64,000 bases of DNA from the NCBI GenBank assembly GCA_951406725.2, contig OX597814.1, forward strand, positions 101,432,001-101,496,000. Direction: 5' to 3'. Each line of letters begins with the position of its first letter. The stretch's first letter is position 1. A program made the position numbers and the translations under genes. Source of the stretch: Octopus vulgaris (Eukaryota). Positions 30,278-43,235 of the stretch are shown one piece after another. The notes beneath the pieces are model-generated. The model had not been told where the DNA came from, ran no database searches, and saw nothing but the letters and a program-made list of their open reading frames with translations.

Positions 30278-30420
30278 CCATCTAATTATTTATCTATCTA
30301 TATCTAACTATCTTATTATCTCTCTGTGTATCAATCTATGTATCTTTCTATCAATATAGCTGTCTAGCTATCTAGCTAGCTAGATAGTTAGCCATCTAAC
30401 TATCTATATATCTATCTATC
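29715..30420. repeat. Degenerate (TCTA)n/(TTTA)n/(TCCA)n microsatellite
   Basis: Direct reading. Confidence 0.9.
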
Positions 30421-31379
30421 TATACAAGTCTATCTCCCTTTCCTGTTTGTCTTTCTGTCAATCTAGAAGACTTCCGCGATTCGTTTTGCGTCTTCTGTTC
30501 TGTCTGCCAGTCATTTTTTATGATTTTTCTTTACACTACAAAACTCAATGTGTGAAGGTGTATTTCAACACAACTGAAAGAATAAGTCTGACAGTTAGAT
30601 ATGTTTACATTCAACTGACGCAACATGTCACGTTTATATGTAATTAGCAATAGATTTATTGCTTACACACAGGTTCATACTTACTTGGACATTTAGGAAT
30701 TCAAGCACATACACACAGCAGACACTCATATACGAACCGTTGTATCTAAATATAGTGTATATACATTCAAATGTCGATCAACACCATGTCTTAAAGTACG
30801 AACTATACACATTTATTTCAATGACATGATATTTCTTTTTCAGATGAAGTTTTGGAAAAAAAATCGATTTGCGATATCGCTCGAAGTGATTTACGCTTCA
30901 AGATATTTGCAATTAATGAAAGAAACCTTATACTTAGGGTTTGACAATTGAATTTTAGTATTTTTCCAGTTGCCTTTTAAACCGTCAAAAAATGCACTTT
31001 CAGAAAATTAAATTGCTAATATATTGTTAACCAGGAATTAGTAAAAGAAAATCGATACATCAAATGATTTACTCTCATTAAAGTTATTGTTTTGTGACAA
31101 AAATACAGATCATACTAAATTTCCACCAATTACGAATTCAGCTAAAATTTCTTCAAATATATGAAGAAATGTAGTCGAATATAAAAGCTTTGCGTTCAAG
31201 TAAAAACTAATAGTAATTAAGAGTTTAAAAATCAACACAATCAATTGCAAATTCCATTTCGTTGCACATAGTTTACTTTGAAATATGTTATATTAATTTG
31301 AAAAAAGGAAAAAACAAGAAACATCTGCAAAAGATCAAGAAATGTTGAACAGAAGAGTTGGAAAGGGTTGTAGTAATAA

Positions 31380-32640
31380 GAACAGACACACTACAAAGTA
31401 AAGGCTAAATGTGAGGGGGTGTCGTAAAAAGGCTAAGTGCGAAGAGGAGCCGTAAAAAGATTATACAAAATTAAGTACTGTGGCGTCTACTCCTTTAAAT
31501 GTCCAGATATTGTTTTGCATAGATCTGAAATGATGTTTAGAATGGAACGGCTCATGAGTGTATGTATTGACAACTAAACTGGAAGTATTGAATTTATTAA
31601 TACGATGATCATTGAAGTGAAAGCCAAAATTATATACGTTGATTAGCAGAAAGTAGATGGTGCAGCTTCTTTCGTAAAAAAATTTCTTGCCAGTAAATGA
31701 TGGCTTGAAGCGTTTATGAGGTGCTTAATTTATGCAGCACTAAAATTACAAGAGAACTGCCAGTACAGCTGAGAAAAATGATTGCTGAAGAATGGACTTT
31801 TCTGGAGCAGGTCTTTTCTGGGATTTTTGTTTCCATTGAACAGAAACCTGTAGTAAGTTTTAAATATTTCAGATGATTTGTGGGAGGAAATACTGATGAT
31901 TATATAAAATGAAAGGCCCAACTTTCAAAGACTTTGTTATGGATTTATCAATATGGGTTTATTTTTATTAAACCTTAAGCCGCATGTGATTTGGCATTCA
32001 AATAAGAAGGGTTTGGTGACATTTTTGCTCTGATGCAGAAAGGTACAGTGGCAAGCGTAGTATTTCGAACAAAGCATTGCTCCTCTTAGTCACTGCACAA
32101 ATCTACCCACTCATCGTAAATAATCTTTCTCACAATGTGAGAATATATATATACAACTTTGTTCCAGACAATGGATCAAGATGCGACAGCTAACTCCTAA
32201 TCATTTTAAAGAACTTGACAACTTAAAAAAAAGAGTTTATGAGGTACGTAATCCCACTGATAAAGACTTTTGAGAAAAACGTTTAACAACGAATGCAGTG
32301 AGTACCAAAGCCGACTCGTAGGTTAAAGTAAAACACTCAACGATGAATGGTGTTCAGTTAAATATGGCAACACTGTGTATATAACCATAACTTTAGAGGT
32401 TTTTAACTAACAGAAAGCCTACGTGAAATTCATCAATGTGTTGTTTGACTTGCAAATGATGCAGGGATTGAAAAAATTGTACATGACGTAGTAGAGTGGA
32501 TAGGGTCTAACAAAGAAAATTTATCGAATGAGGAAGCACTATGTTTCACTTGTCTGCAAAAAATGAATAAATTACTGGCGAGCAAGTTGTTTTGCCGATA
32601 ACAAATCGAATCGTGAACGTAACATAAAAATTGCGTGAGA
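31380..32640 (+). pseudogene. Tigger/pogo transposase relic (CENP-B HTH plus DDE_1)
   Basis: MERLMSVCID..TMIIEVKAKIIY..FLASK*WLEAFM; LRKMIAEE..LEQVF; PHVIWHSNKKGLVT; KALLLL..; TTLFQTMDQD. Confidence 0.8.
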
Positions 32641-33506
32641 GGTTCATAAAAAGTTCAATTCCTACACTAGAAAGCAATGGGTTAACGTAAACCTTAAACA
32701 ACATGACATAATTTTGTCACTCCTTTGCTAAATGCTTATGAGGATGAAAATCTACTGAGCATAAGATGATGTTTCTCTTCATCCCAGTAACGGCTGTTGC
32801 GCCACAATCCATCAAACAGTCAACAATTGTAGCGAGCAAACATCCTATAAAGATACAAATGTAATGTATACATACTTCACCGTGTGCATTGAAAGATCAT
32901 GATTTCGTGCATGAGAGAAGTTATATCAGTTTGGTTTCTTTTTTTTTTTTTGGACATAAATTTCTGTCGGAACGTTTCTCAATTTATAACATGGTGCCCA
33001 AATGGAAAATGTGCTTTGAGTTAAATAATTCTGCGTAACGGTAAGATTATTTGCAACGCAAAATTCTATAACGTCCAGATTCCTATTTTTGCGACATTTT
33101 GAAACTTTATACGAAGCTGCTCTAATTATTATTCAGCCAAGCGTAAAAATTAGCATGATTAATCTGTCGCTAAGTTATAAATCTAATCTTATATATTCTA
33201 TTTCTCTGTTTCGCTTTCTCAATCTCTGTTACTTTCTCTCTCTCTTATACACAAATCTATAGCCGCATACATTCACATATACACATACATGTACAAAGAC
33301 ACAAATTTTGACAAACATATGTGAGCTTAAAAATGTAGACACACACACGTTTACATGTGTGTAGTAATATATATAAGCAAGCAAATATTTTCTCATACAT
33401 GCATAAACACACACTCACATACGCACACATATATATGTAAATACATATACATGTCGATAGATAGAAAGATAGACAGATAGACAGATAGACAGACAGACAG
33501 ACAGAC

Positions 33507-33599
<93 letters not shown>

Positions 33600-33792
33600 C
33601 GTACATATATGTTACAGAACCTCTCACAACTAGAAACTATTAATTATTGTCCTCTCCTAAGAAGATTACCAAACAAGCAATGTCTATATATGTAATCACC
33701 ATAAACCATAAACTGGTATATATGTTCGACCTTACAAGATTGAAGAACAATTCAGAATAAAGAAACTATAAAAGATTCACAAGCAAGCATAT

Positions 33793-33836
<44 letters not shown>

Positions 33837-33866
33837 CAAAATAAGCAACAAGGATATCCAGAAGTA

Positions 33867-33956
33867 ATGCCGTATGATCGTTTCATGCGACTCCATTTAA
33901 TTGAACTATGCAAATATTACATCAATTGTAAAATGTAGAGCAATCTTCAGCTGCAT
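33867..33956 (-). ncRNA. Hammerhead motif H1, inverted arm, cleavage triplet mutated
   Basis: Reverse complement ATGCAG-CTGAAGA...GAAAC-GATC-ATA-CGGCAT. Confidence 0.6.
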
Positions 33957-34057
33957 AAAATATAGAATTTAGTTAAATTGAAAGGATTCATTTGTATAGT
34001 GTTTCTATTAACCAAAATCACAAATCCTCTTTGTGATTAACTAAATTCTATATTTTT

Positions 34058-34147
34058 ATGCAGCTGAAGATTGCTCTACATTTTAAAATTGATGTAATAT
34101 TTGCATAGTTCAATTAAATGGAGTCGCATGAAACGATCGTACTGCAT
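34058..34147 (+). ncRNA. Type I hammerhead ribozyme motif (H1)
   Basis: ATGCAG-CTGAAGA-(long stem II)-GAAAC-GATC-GTA-CTGCAT: perfect 6-bp stem I, intact core, palindromic stem III ACGATCGT, GUA cleavage triplet. Confidence 0.8.
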
Positions 34148-34260
34148 TACCTCTGGATATCCTTGTTGCTTATTTTGATTGAATTATATAGATAATACCA
34201 TACTAAATTCTGGTGCTTTAACTTAAGTACCATATTCAACTGAATCTAAATTTTACTGAA

Positions 34261-34300
<40 letters not shown>

Positions 34301-34526
34301 GGCGAACATGAATATATGCAAGAAAATGCACCCACACACGCACATACATTCACACACACAAACGCAAACAAACAAACATACACACGCACACACATAGTAG
34401 AATACCAAGTATCACTAGGTAAATAGCTAAAAAACTAGTGACCGATTTGTTCAATGATAATCCTCTAACTTTTGCATAGATTGGCTTATCTCGGAAGCAA
34501 TGCATATATATATATATATATATCTG

Positions 34527-34670
34527 GGAGAATTCACAAAAAAAAACAAGAGACGAAGACAGGTGGTGTAGACAATAAACAGATGTATTAGTTTAATGCC
34601 CGGGAAGTGAAAAACTCTTTAACGTTTCGAGCCTACGCTCTTTCACAGAAAGAAGCACAGTAAAAACAAG
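34527..34670 (-). mobile_element. Short element with hammerhead-like motif, family H4, next to (TA)n
   Basis: Minus strand TCTTT-CTGTGAA-AGAGC-GTAG-GCTC-GAAACGTT-AAAGA; related copies at 61688-61816 and 40905-40968. Confidence 0.6.
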
Positions 34671-34790
34671 GAGAGTGGCAAGCGATCTATCATGGCGAAT
34701 GCCTCCTTTTCTAACTCTTAAAATATTAACAAGGAGAGTGGCAAGCGATCTATCATGGCGAATGCCTCCTTTTTTAACTCTTAAAATATT
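34665..34790. repeat. 63-bp tandem duplication
   Basis: aacaaggagagtggcaagcgatc...cttaaaatatt twice, one mismatch. Confidence 0.9.
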
Positions 34791-34939
34791 AATGGCGTTT
34801 CACTAACTCATTGCATGGAAAATAACAAAGCATCATTCTAACCCGGATAATTCGCTCAAAATTATCGTAATATAGAAATGTATTAGAAATTTATATTGAT
34901 ATATCCCCTTTAGCAACTGTTTAGAAACGACCGGTATGA

Positions 34940-35530
34940 AAATGTTTTTGATATTACTATTTTACAAATATTACAATTCAAGTGCAATTACAAATATAAG
35001 AGAATTTTAATGAGAGCTTAAACCTGTTCTGAATGGACAATATTACGAAGAAGAATATCAGTTTCGATTTAAATTTAGCCATACCTGAAAATTGTAGTAA
35101 TATTGACGGTATTGATAATCCGTATTTCCACCCAATTTTACTTGAAAATATTGAAGGTGAGACTACGGTTTGTAGTATCAGATGTTTCTTGCCATTTGAT
35201 TGTAGCTGAATCCTGTACTGGTGTAATTGATCAGTCAAAATATTTCTATCTGAAAAAGCGGAGCCAATGTCAGCTTTCTTAGTGTGTTCATCGATCCGTG
35301 GTACCTGACTGCACGCTGATTGGTTGAGATGTTTCTCTTATGTTTCAGCCTACTGCAGCCGTTCGGAAGATATTTAAATAGAAATTCAGTCATTTCACCA
35401 CAGATGTCAAATGTGAAGCATATAAGCTGTTGTTAACGCTATTACAACATAAACATTTACCTGAAGAGTATGATAAAACATGAAAGTACTTCTTATATTG
35501 TTGTATTGTTGTATTGTTATATTGGGAAAT
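34940..35530 (+). mobile_element. Possible Penelope-like element 3' relic (GIY-YIG end plus degenerate hammerhead)
   Basis: QLQI*E..ELKPVLNGQ resembles the PLE endonuclease C-terminus E-x-x-x-I-x-x-LKP-x-LN; downstream CTGAAGA-gtatgataaaacat-GAAAGTACTTC at 35461-35492. Confidence 0.4.
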
Positions 35531-36192
35531 TATAAAAATCCAAAAGTAAAATGAGAAAAATTAAACGGTAACTGTGAAGTAGATAAATTATAAGAAGAGA
35601 AAGACAAAAGGAGATGATATATTGTACATTACATTCCAAATCTTTCACAATTTAAACCATTCAGCAAAAGTATAATTAGTCAAGAGTGGTATAATGTTAA
35701 TCTTTAATCAGATCTATCAGCGTATGAAACATATCAGATATTGGGCAAGGGTAACAGACGAAGACAATGTTGACTTCGAACAAACCATATTTCATTGAAG
35801 AATTTTCTATCACGAACAGTGCATACGGAATCACTGCAGTATTTTTTCCAATCCCAAAATTACCAGTCTTGGAGAGAAGGCATTTTTAAAAATGCTCTAA
35901 AAAATTACCAAGATTGGAGGTACAATTTATTTTCACAGATCCAACTTCCATAAATAAAATCTCCCCGGCTACAAACAACTTTAACATCAAAAGCGATTAA
36001 CCTATCTTTACTAGTAATACTTTCTTCCTGATTTTTGTTCACATCTTTCATTGTGCGTCATGGCTTACCAGTTCTACACGGATGATTGAATTATATATGC
36101 ATACATATATAAAAATATGCGTGTATGTGTGTGTGTCTACCACTCTCTCTCTCTCTTTGCCTTTATAAGTACATATATGTATGTATGTGTGT

Positions 36193-36310
<118 letters not shown>

Positions 36311-36993
36311 TGTGTTGATATCGTTCATAAGTTTAAGTCGGGAATACTTGAAATTTCTTTTCTGCGTTGATATATAAAAAAGCGAATTTTACTTTTAGTA
36401 TTTCAAAATTATTTTGTTATATTTGGTCTAAGGGAAAGTATTTATCTACAAAATTTAGACAATTCCAGTAACAACAGATCGAATATATAAAATAATGGTG
36501 GGCTATACCTCACAAGCTTACGTTTTCTACTACAACATTTATAAATACGAGTAATTTTTTATGTTTATGTATTCTATATTCTTCGTCAAAGATTAAGTTA
36601 GATACGTAAAAAGAAACATTAATAACGAATTCGTCAAGTTTTCTCGAAATTGTTGAAATATATGTTCATATTCTGCAACTTCTTCCGTGCTTTAGTATAG
36701 CGGGACTACAAACTGGTACCTAAATTTAGTGTTATATTTAAGACATGAACTAGAGTTGGATAAGTTTCGGTTATCGTAAAATATATCATTTTCAATTCTT
36801 TGATAACATTTTTAAGAGTATCCATTGAATGGATATTTAATTTCACAAAATGTTTAGTGTAGACCGAACTCTGTGGAGCTGACTCTCTTCCGACATACGT
36901 CAATGATGCACAAACCAATTAATTCGCTAACCCCAGCTTAATTCTGTGATCTAACAAGTACGTCGAACAACAGCTGACCACAATATCCAAACA

Positions 36994-37086
<93 letters not shown>

Positions 37087-37576
37087 CAGACAGACACACA
37101 CGCACACACACAAACATATACATAATATAAATGTTCAAATCAACTCTATTGAAATTTTAAAGTTTTTCCGGTGTGCAAATTTTATTATATGATTGAGCCA
37201 CTTAACGAAACATTCACTATTTTACCATAACAATACAAGGTGACTTGTGTGAAGTTAGAACTCATGGAATATAAGCTATTTTATTAGTTCTAACTACATC
37301 ATTTTTTTTTTAGCGGTAGGCACGAGTATCTTTAAATACATAGTTCATGAAATTCCAAAGAATTTCTACGCATTAACATAGTTTTAGATTGGCAACTATT
37401 TCTTTTGTTTATAGAAGCACTTTCGTATTATATACAATATAATATTACATACAAAATAATTTTGTATTGGTTGTAAGTTTTCGCGCCACCTATAACACCT
37501 CCTGCTCGAAAGTTACTCTTCTTCTCGCAGCTTATTAGCCCTTTCCTATTTGTCAACTGATTATATTAATTATTTA

Positions 37577-37994
37577 CCTATTTCTTTACTACCCACAAGG
37601 GGCTAAACACAGAAGGGACAAACAAGGACAGACAAACGGATTAAGTTGATTATATCGACCCCAGTGCGTAACTGGTACTTATTTAATCGACCCCGAAAGG
37701 ATGAAAGGAAAAGTCAACCTCGGCGGAATTTGAACTCAAAACGTAGCGGCAGACGAAATACTTATTTCTTTATTACCCACAAGGGGCTAAACACAGAGGG
37801 GACAAACAAGGACAGACATAGGTATTAAGTCGATTACATCGACCCCAGTGCGTAACTGGTACTTAATTTATCGATCCCGAAAGGATGAAAGGCAAAGTCG
37901 ACCTCGGCGGAATTTGAACTCACAACGTAATGCAGACGAAAATACCGCTAAGCATTTCGCCCGGCGTGCTAACGTTTCTGCCAGCTCGCCGCCT
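37577..37994 (-). mobile_element. SINE family B head-to-tail dimer
   Basis: Full copy at 37762-37994 joined to a head-truncated second copy at 37577-37761. Confidence 0.9.
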
Positions 37995-38541
37995 TGTATT
38001 AATTATTTACCATTTACCGATGCAGACCGCGGCCAATTTCTTCGGATTTTACTGTTAAAATCTCTACAAAATAACCTGATTCTTGTACAATACAACTATG
38101 TTTGCAGATTTAAAATGCTTGGTACTTGTAAAAAACCATATGATATGAGTTATTTTGGAAGCAGAAAATTCACAATCAGAATTTTTGTTCCATTGTAACT
38201 GGAGCGAATTTCTAAATATGTAAAATGTTGTCATTTCAAAATATTTTTTTTAAATATGTTTTTTAAAGTACAAAAACTCGCTAAAATTATTTTTCCGTGA
38301 GAAAAAATAATTTCTATATTCTTCTATAACTTGTAGTTCCTAGGAAAAAGCTTCAAGATGTCGGAATTTTTTCTAAATGGTTTCTCCCACGCTGATAGCG
38401 ATTCCCACGCTAAATGTGCATGGAGACATGGAGAGGAAAACCATGTTTGGTTCATAATTTCCTGTTTCGTAAAGCAAATTCTATGACATACATATATGTG
38501 CGTTCACACATCACAGACAAATATAGGTATATATGTATATA

Positions 38542-38601
<60 letters not shown>

Positions 38602-39194
38602 GTGGATGTGTGTTTTTCAGTCTACTTATGTAAGTGTGTATATAATTAAAAATCAGTAAGCTTCGGTTTATAATTCAGTAATAAAGAAGATAAATTCATG
38701 CTTACATTCACTCTAACATGCATATGTAAATACTTACCCATATATATATAGTATATATATGTGTACATATATATATATATATATATGTACAAGCGTAAAT
38801 GGTATGTATGTATGTGTGTATAATTAAAAAAATAAATCCATAACATTAAATAAATCCACTAATTAGAGAATATATTGAGATTTATACGTAAGTGCTCACA
38901 TACATACATGCATAAATACATGTACATATATATACATACAAACATATACACACTTGTAGGGGAATAGGATTCCAAATTTCAAGCATTAAATGGCAACATA
39001 TGTAAGTAAACAGAATAAGGAAAGGGAAAAAATATGAAGAATGACCAGGTAGGAATTGAACCCTATATTCTTTCGTTAATGTCTAAATACATATTCATAA
39101 ATCAAGTGGACCGTTTTGCGACGTTGCGCCCCATTTATAAAGATATATATTTATAAATGCACATACGCACACATATATATGTATGCCTACACAC

Positions 39195-39249
<55 letters not shown>

Positions 39250-39614
39250 GTACGTGTATGTAGAGATGTGTGTGTAAATAAAGGTATAGCTACTTTATAT
39301 GTAAGTATTTATGTATACATAAGTAAAAGCAGATGAATATAATCAAACCACACATATTATAGATTTATATTAACATGCGAGTCAGCGAATTGACAAAATC
39401 GTTGAAGCGTTGGATTTTCCTGGCGATATTTTTTTCCGGAATCCCTGAGTTCAAATCACGTTGAACTCAACTTTGACATTTCGTCATTCCGGAACCGGTA
39501 AATATAATAAAATATCAATCAAGTACTGAATTCAGTTCTCCTCTCATTGGTTTTCTGTGTTTCTCTCTCTCTCACACACTCTCACTTTCTATCTATCTAG
39601 CTATCTCTCTTTTT

Positions 39615-39667
<53 letters not shown>

Positions 39668-40385
39668 ACATATATATACATATATATATATATATCTTTC
39701 ACCCTCTCTCTTTCCTTCGCTGAAATGGATGTGAGAACGTTTCTAGGGGCTACTCTCAATGACCATTCCTGTAGACATGGAAAGTGAGCAGCTTGCAAAG
39801 TCTTCTGATAAAAGATTATAAAAGATTATACGCTACTGAAACCGACTAAAAAATTTTAATATATTTGAATTTTCTACGCAGTATAATTAAAAATAATCAT
39901 TTACTTCAAATTTCCTAATCTGGGGTATACCCACACTCCCACTAACCGCTTGCACGCGTCTATAAACTTATAACATAACACATTAAAACATACTTGGCAC
40001 TCCACTCTTCTACCCGTTTTTAGGTACTGCTACAATTTTTTAATTGCATTCACACATCCACTTTCTCCTCTCTTCATAATTCCCTTTCCATAGAACATGA
40101 TTCTAGCCTGGTTTCTAAACCTCTTAATGTTCATTTTATTTTCCACGAACTATTTCTCATTCTCACACATCCTAAGCATCTATCTGTCACGTCCTGATAA
40201 AGGACATATGTCAGAAACGTTAAGATACTTTCTCTTTGTCTTATTTAAATGGCGCGGAAATTCCAGGCTGCAATTGTTTTTCTTACAGCGCACAGACTGA
40301 GATGAAGTCATTCGCCAAACAAGCCCAATTCTCAAATTCATAACTGCACTCTACCTCCACCCAACTCTAGCAAGCATACATCCTC

Positions 40386-40678
40386 ACTCTTTTACTCGTT
40401 TACTTGTTTCTGTCATTTGACTGCGGCAATGCTGGAGCACCGCCTTTAGTCGAGCAAATCGACCCCTGACTTATTCTTTATAAGCCTAGTACATATTCTA
40501 TCGGTCTCTTTTGCCGAACCGCTAGGTAACGGGGACGTAAACACATCAGCATCGGTTGTCAAGCAATGTTGGGGGAACAAACACACACACACATATATAT
40601 ACATATATATGGAGGGCTTCTTTCAGTTTCCGTCTACCAAATCCACTCACAAGGCATTGGTCGGTCCGAGGCTATAAT
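40386..40678 (-). mobile_element. SINE family A, 5'-truncated
   Basis: Reverse-complement consensus from tail to ccgaggctata. Confidence 0.88.
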
Positions 40679-40689
40679 AATACCCTCAA

Positions 40690-40839
40690 TTGTGGTAAGA
40701 GGGTATGTTCAAGTTAAAGGAAAGATGGAGACGCATTGTGCAACATAATGGTTCATATTTGGTTGATTAAAAATGTAATGGCAAGTAATTATTGACCTTT
40801 TTCTTTCCTTTAAAAGTCGACACGAACTTTCCGGACAAC

Positions 40840-40843
<4 letters not shown>
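40690..40843 (+). mobile_element. Mariner 3' end relic with TIR
   Basis: [22 protein letters not shown] (mariner C-terminus) followed by cgacacgaactttccggacaacccaa|ta. Confidence 0.8.
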
Positions 40844-40900
<57 letters not shown>

Positions 40901-40965
40901 ATAACGGGAAAGTTTACGAAAATAAACAAAAGACGAAGACAGGTGGGGTACGAACAAATGTATTA

Positions 40966-41006
<41 letters not shown>

Positions 41007-41009
<3 letters not shown>

Positions 41010-41406
41010 TCTTTTACTCTTTTACTTGCTTCAGTCATTTGACTGCGACCATGCTGGAGCACCGCCTTTAGTCGAGCAAATCGACCCCGGGACTTATTCT
41101 TTGTAAGCCCAGTACTTATTCTATCGGTCTATTTTGCCGAACCGCTAAGTGACGGGGACGTAAACACACCAGCATCGGTTGTCAAGCAATGCTAGGGGGA
41201 CAAACACAGACACACAAACACACACACATATATATATATATATACATATATACGACAGGCTTCTTTCAGTTTCCGTCTACCAAATCCACTCACAAGGCAT
41301 TGGTCGGCCCGGGGCTATAGCAGAAGACACTTGCCCAAGATGCCACGCAGTGGGACTGAACCCGGAACCATGTAGCTGGTTAGCAAGCTACTTACCACAC
41401 AGCCAC
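41007..41406 (-). mobile_element. SINE family A, full length, little diverged
   Basis: Close to consensus. Confidence 0.92.
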
Positions 41407-41623
41407 ATATATATACATATATGTGTGTGTGTGTGTATATGCATGTATGCATGTATTTGTGTATCTATGTATATCTACCACCATCGTTTCACAACCGACG
41501 TTGGTGTGTTTACGTCCCTGTAACATTGGCGGTTCGGCAAAAGAGACCGATAGTATAGTTACTAATTTTGTTCCACGTCCTCGCGTTGTTGTGTTTTTTT
41601 TTTGTGTTTTCTTGTTTGGATTA

Positions 41624-41682
<59 letters not shown>

Positions 41683-41693
41683 TACATGTACAG

Positions 41694-41724
<31 letters not shown>

Positions 41725-41766
41725 CATACACATTCATATATATATATATATATATATACATACACA

Positions 41767-41849
<83 letters not shown>

Positions 41850-41869
41850 GTGTGTGTATGTATGTAAAG

Positions 41870-42455
41870 GTAAGATCCAAGGATGAAGATATAGGGAATT
41901 AGTGAGCTTAAAGCAATCCGTAGATATAATATTTATAAAAAACTTCCAGGAACAATAGTGGTTTATTAGCGCAGAAGGTTATGAATATTTCCTGTATTGA
42001 AGCCCGATAAGTCGAAAGAAGTTTATTTTATAGTTCACGGTTAGTAACAGGGCTCATTGTATATGCAAATAAACATTCAAAAATTTGGGAATAGAGCAGA
42101 TAAACTCCAGACTACATATATTTCATAGCTAGCGGAACCGCAGAAGTAGTAAGGTGTCCAAATAAGGGGTAGACTGCAAGTTACTCCTCATGCCAAGGAT
42201 ACTGTGTACATATGAAATTTACATTGTCATCAGATCTCGTTTTAACTCGTTGGTGATTCAAGAGAGTCTTTTCTTTTTTTCGATCGAATCCCCAACGAGT
42301 TAACGACAATGTCTCCTAACGGCAATGTAGACTTCATATAATCAAGATATCCTTGGTCTGAAGAGTAGTTTGCAGTGTCTCCCTCTTTTAGAGAATTTCC
42401 TACTTCCGAGGTTCAGCTAGCTATGAAGCATATGTAGCCTGGACTTCATTCTTTA
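41870..42455 (+). mobile_element. Foldback hammerhead element, family H2 (copy 1)
   Basis: About 42100-42255 is inversely repeated at about 42290-42445; hammerhead motifs at 42106-42200 (-) and 42349-42443 (+); 41870-42066 is homologous to 43045-43235 (-). Confidence 0.75.
42349..42443 (+). ncRNA. Type I hammerhead motif (H2), GAAAC mutated to GAAGC
   Basis: ATCCTTGGT-CTGAAGA-GTAGTTT...TAGCTAT-GAAGC-ATAT-GTA-GCCTGGA. Confidence 0.65.
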
Positions 42456-42797
42456 ATTATTTTAATGCACACACACATATACACACATACATATATACAT
42501 ACATACATACATACATACATACATACATACATGCACATAAATATATATATATACTTACATACATATATGTACACACACGCGCGCACACATACACATACAC
42601 ACATATATATACATACATGGCTAAAATTTGGCCTGTTTATAATTATACCATATTTTACATATTTATTATATCACCTTGATACTGTTTGGACTAAAATCCC
42701 CGTTGACAGACCGCTGGTATTTATAGTGCTAAACACTTTCGGTATGCAAATTAGGGACTCCTTCATAGGGTAACTGCTGCAGTTACATACATATTAC

Positions 42798-42854
<57 letters not shown>

Positions 42855-42856
<2 letters not shown>

Positions 42857-43235
42857 TCAAATTTAGGAAATAGAGCAGAGAGTATCCAGGCTACGTATGT
42901 TTCATAGCTAGCAGAACCTCGGAAGTAGTAATTACCCAAACGTGTGCTACTCCGTTAGCTACTCATCCGGCCAAAGATACCTTAGTCAAATGAAGGTCAC
43001 ATTGTCGTCAAGGGATCCAATGTCAACTCGCAGGAGATTTCATCGCATACACAAACCCAGTTGCTAACCGTGAACTATAGAATAACTTTTTCCAGCTCAT
43101 CGAACTTCGATACGGGAAAGATTTATAACCTTCTACGTTAATAAACCACTATTGTTTCAGAAGTTTTTTTAACTTCTTCGGACAGCTTGAAGCTTACTAA
43201 CTTCCTACACCTTCTTCCTTAGGTGTTACTTTTAA
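42855..43235 (-). mobile_element. Hammerhead element, family H2 (copy 2), abutting (TA)n
   Basis: Minus strand TTTGGC-CGGATGA-GTAGCTA...TAGCTAT-GAAAC-ATAC-GTA-GCCTGGAT at 42884-42978. Confidence 0.75.

Larger units (their letters stand above)
33834..34263 (+). mobile_element. Foldback hammerhead-ribozyme element, family H1, inside (TA)n
   Basis: About 33834-33976 is inversely repeated at about 34038-34180, followed by an ~80-bp unpaired 3' extension; (TA)n on both sides; second copy at 50607. Confidence 0.85.
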
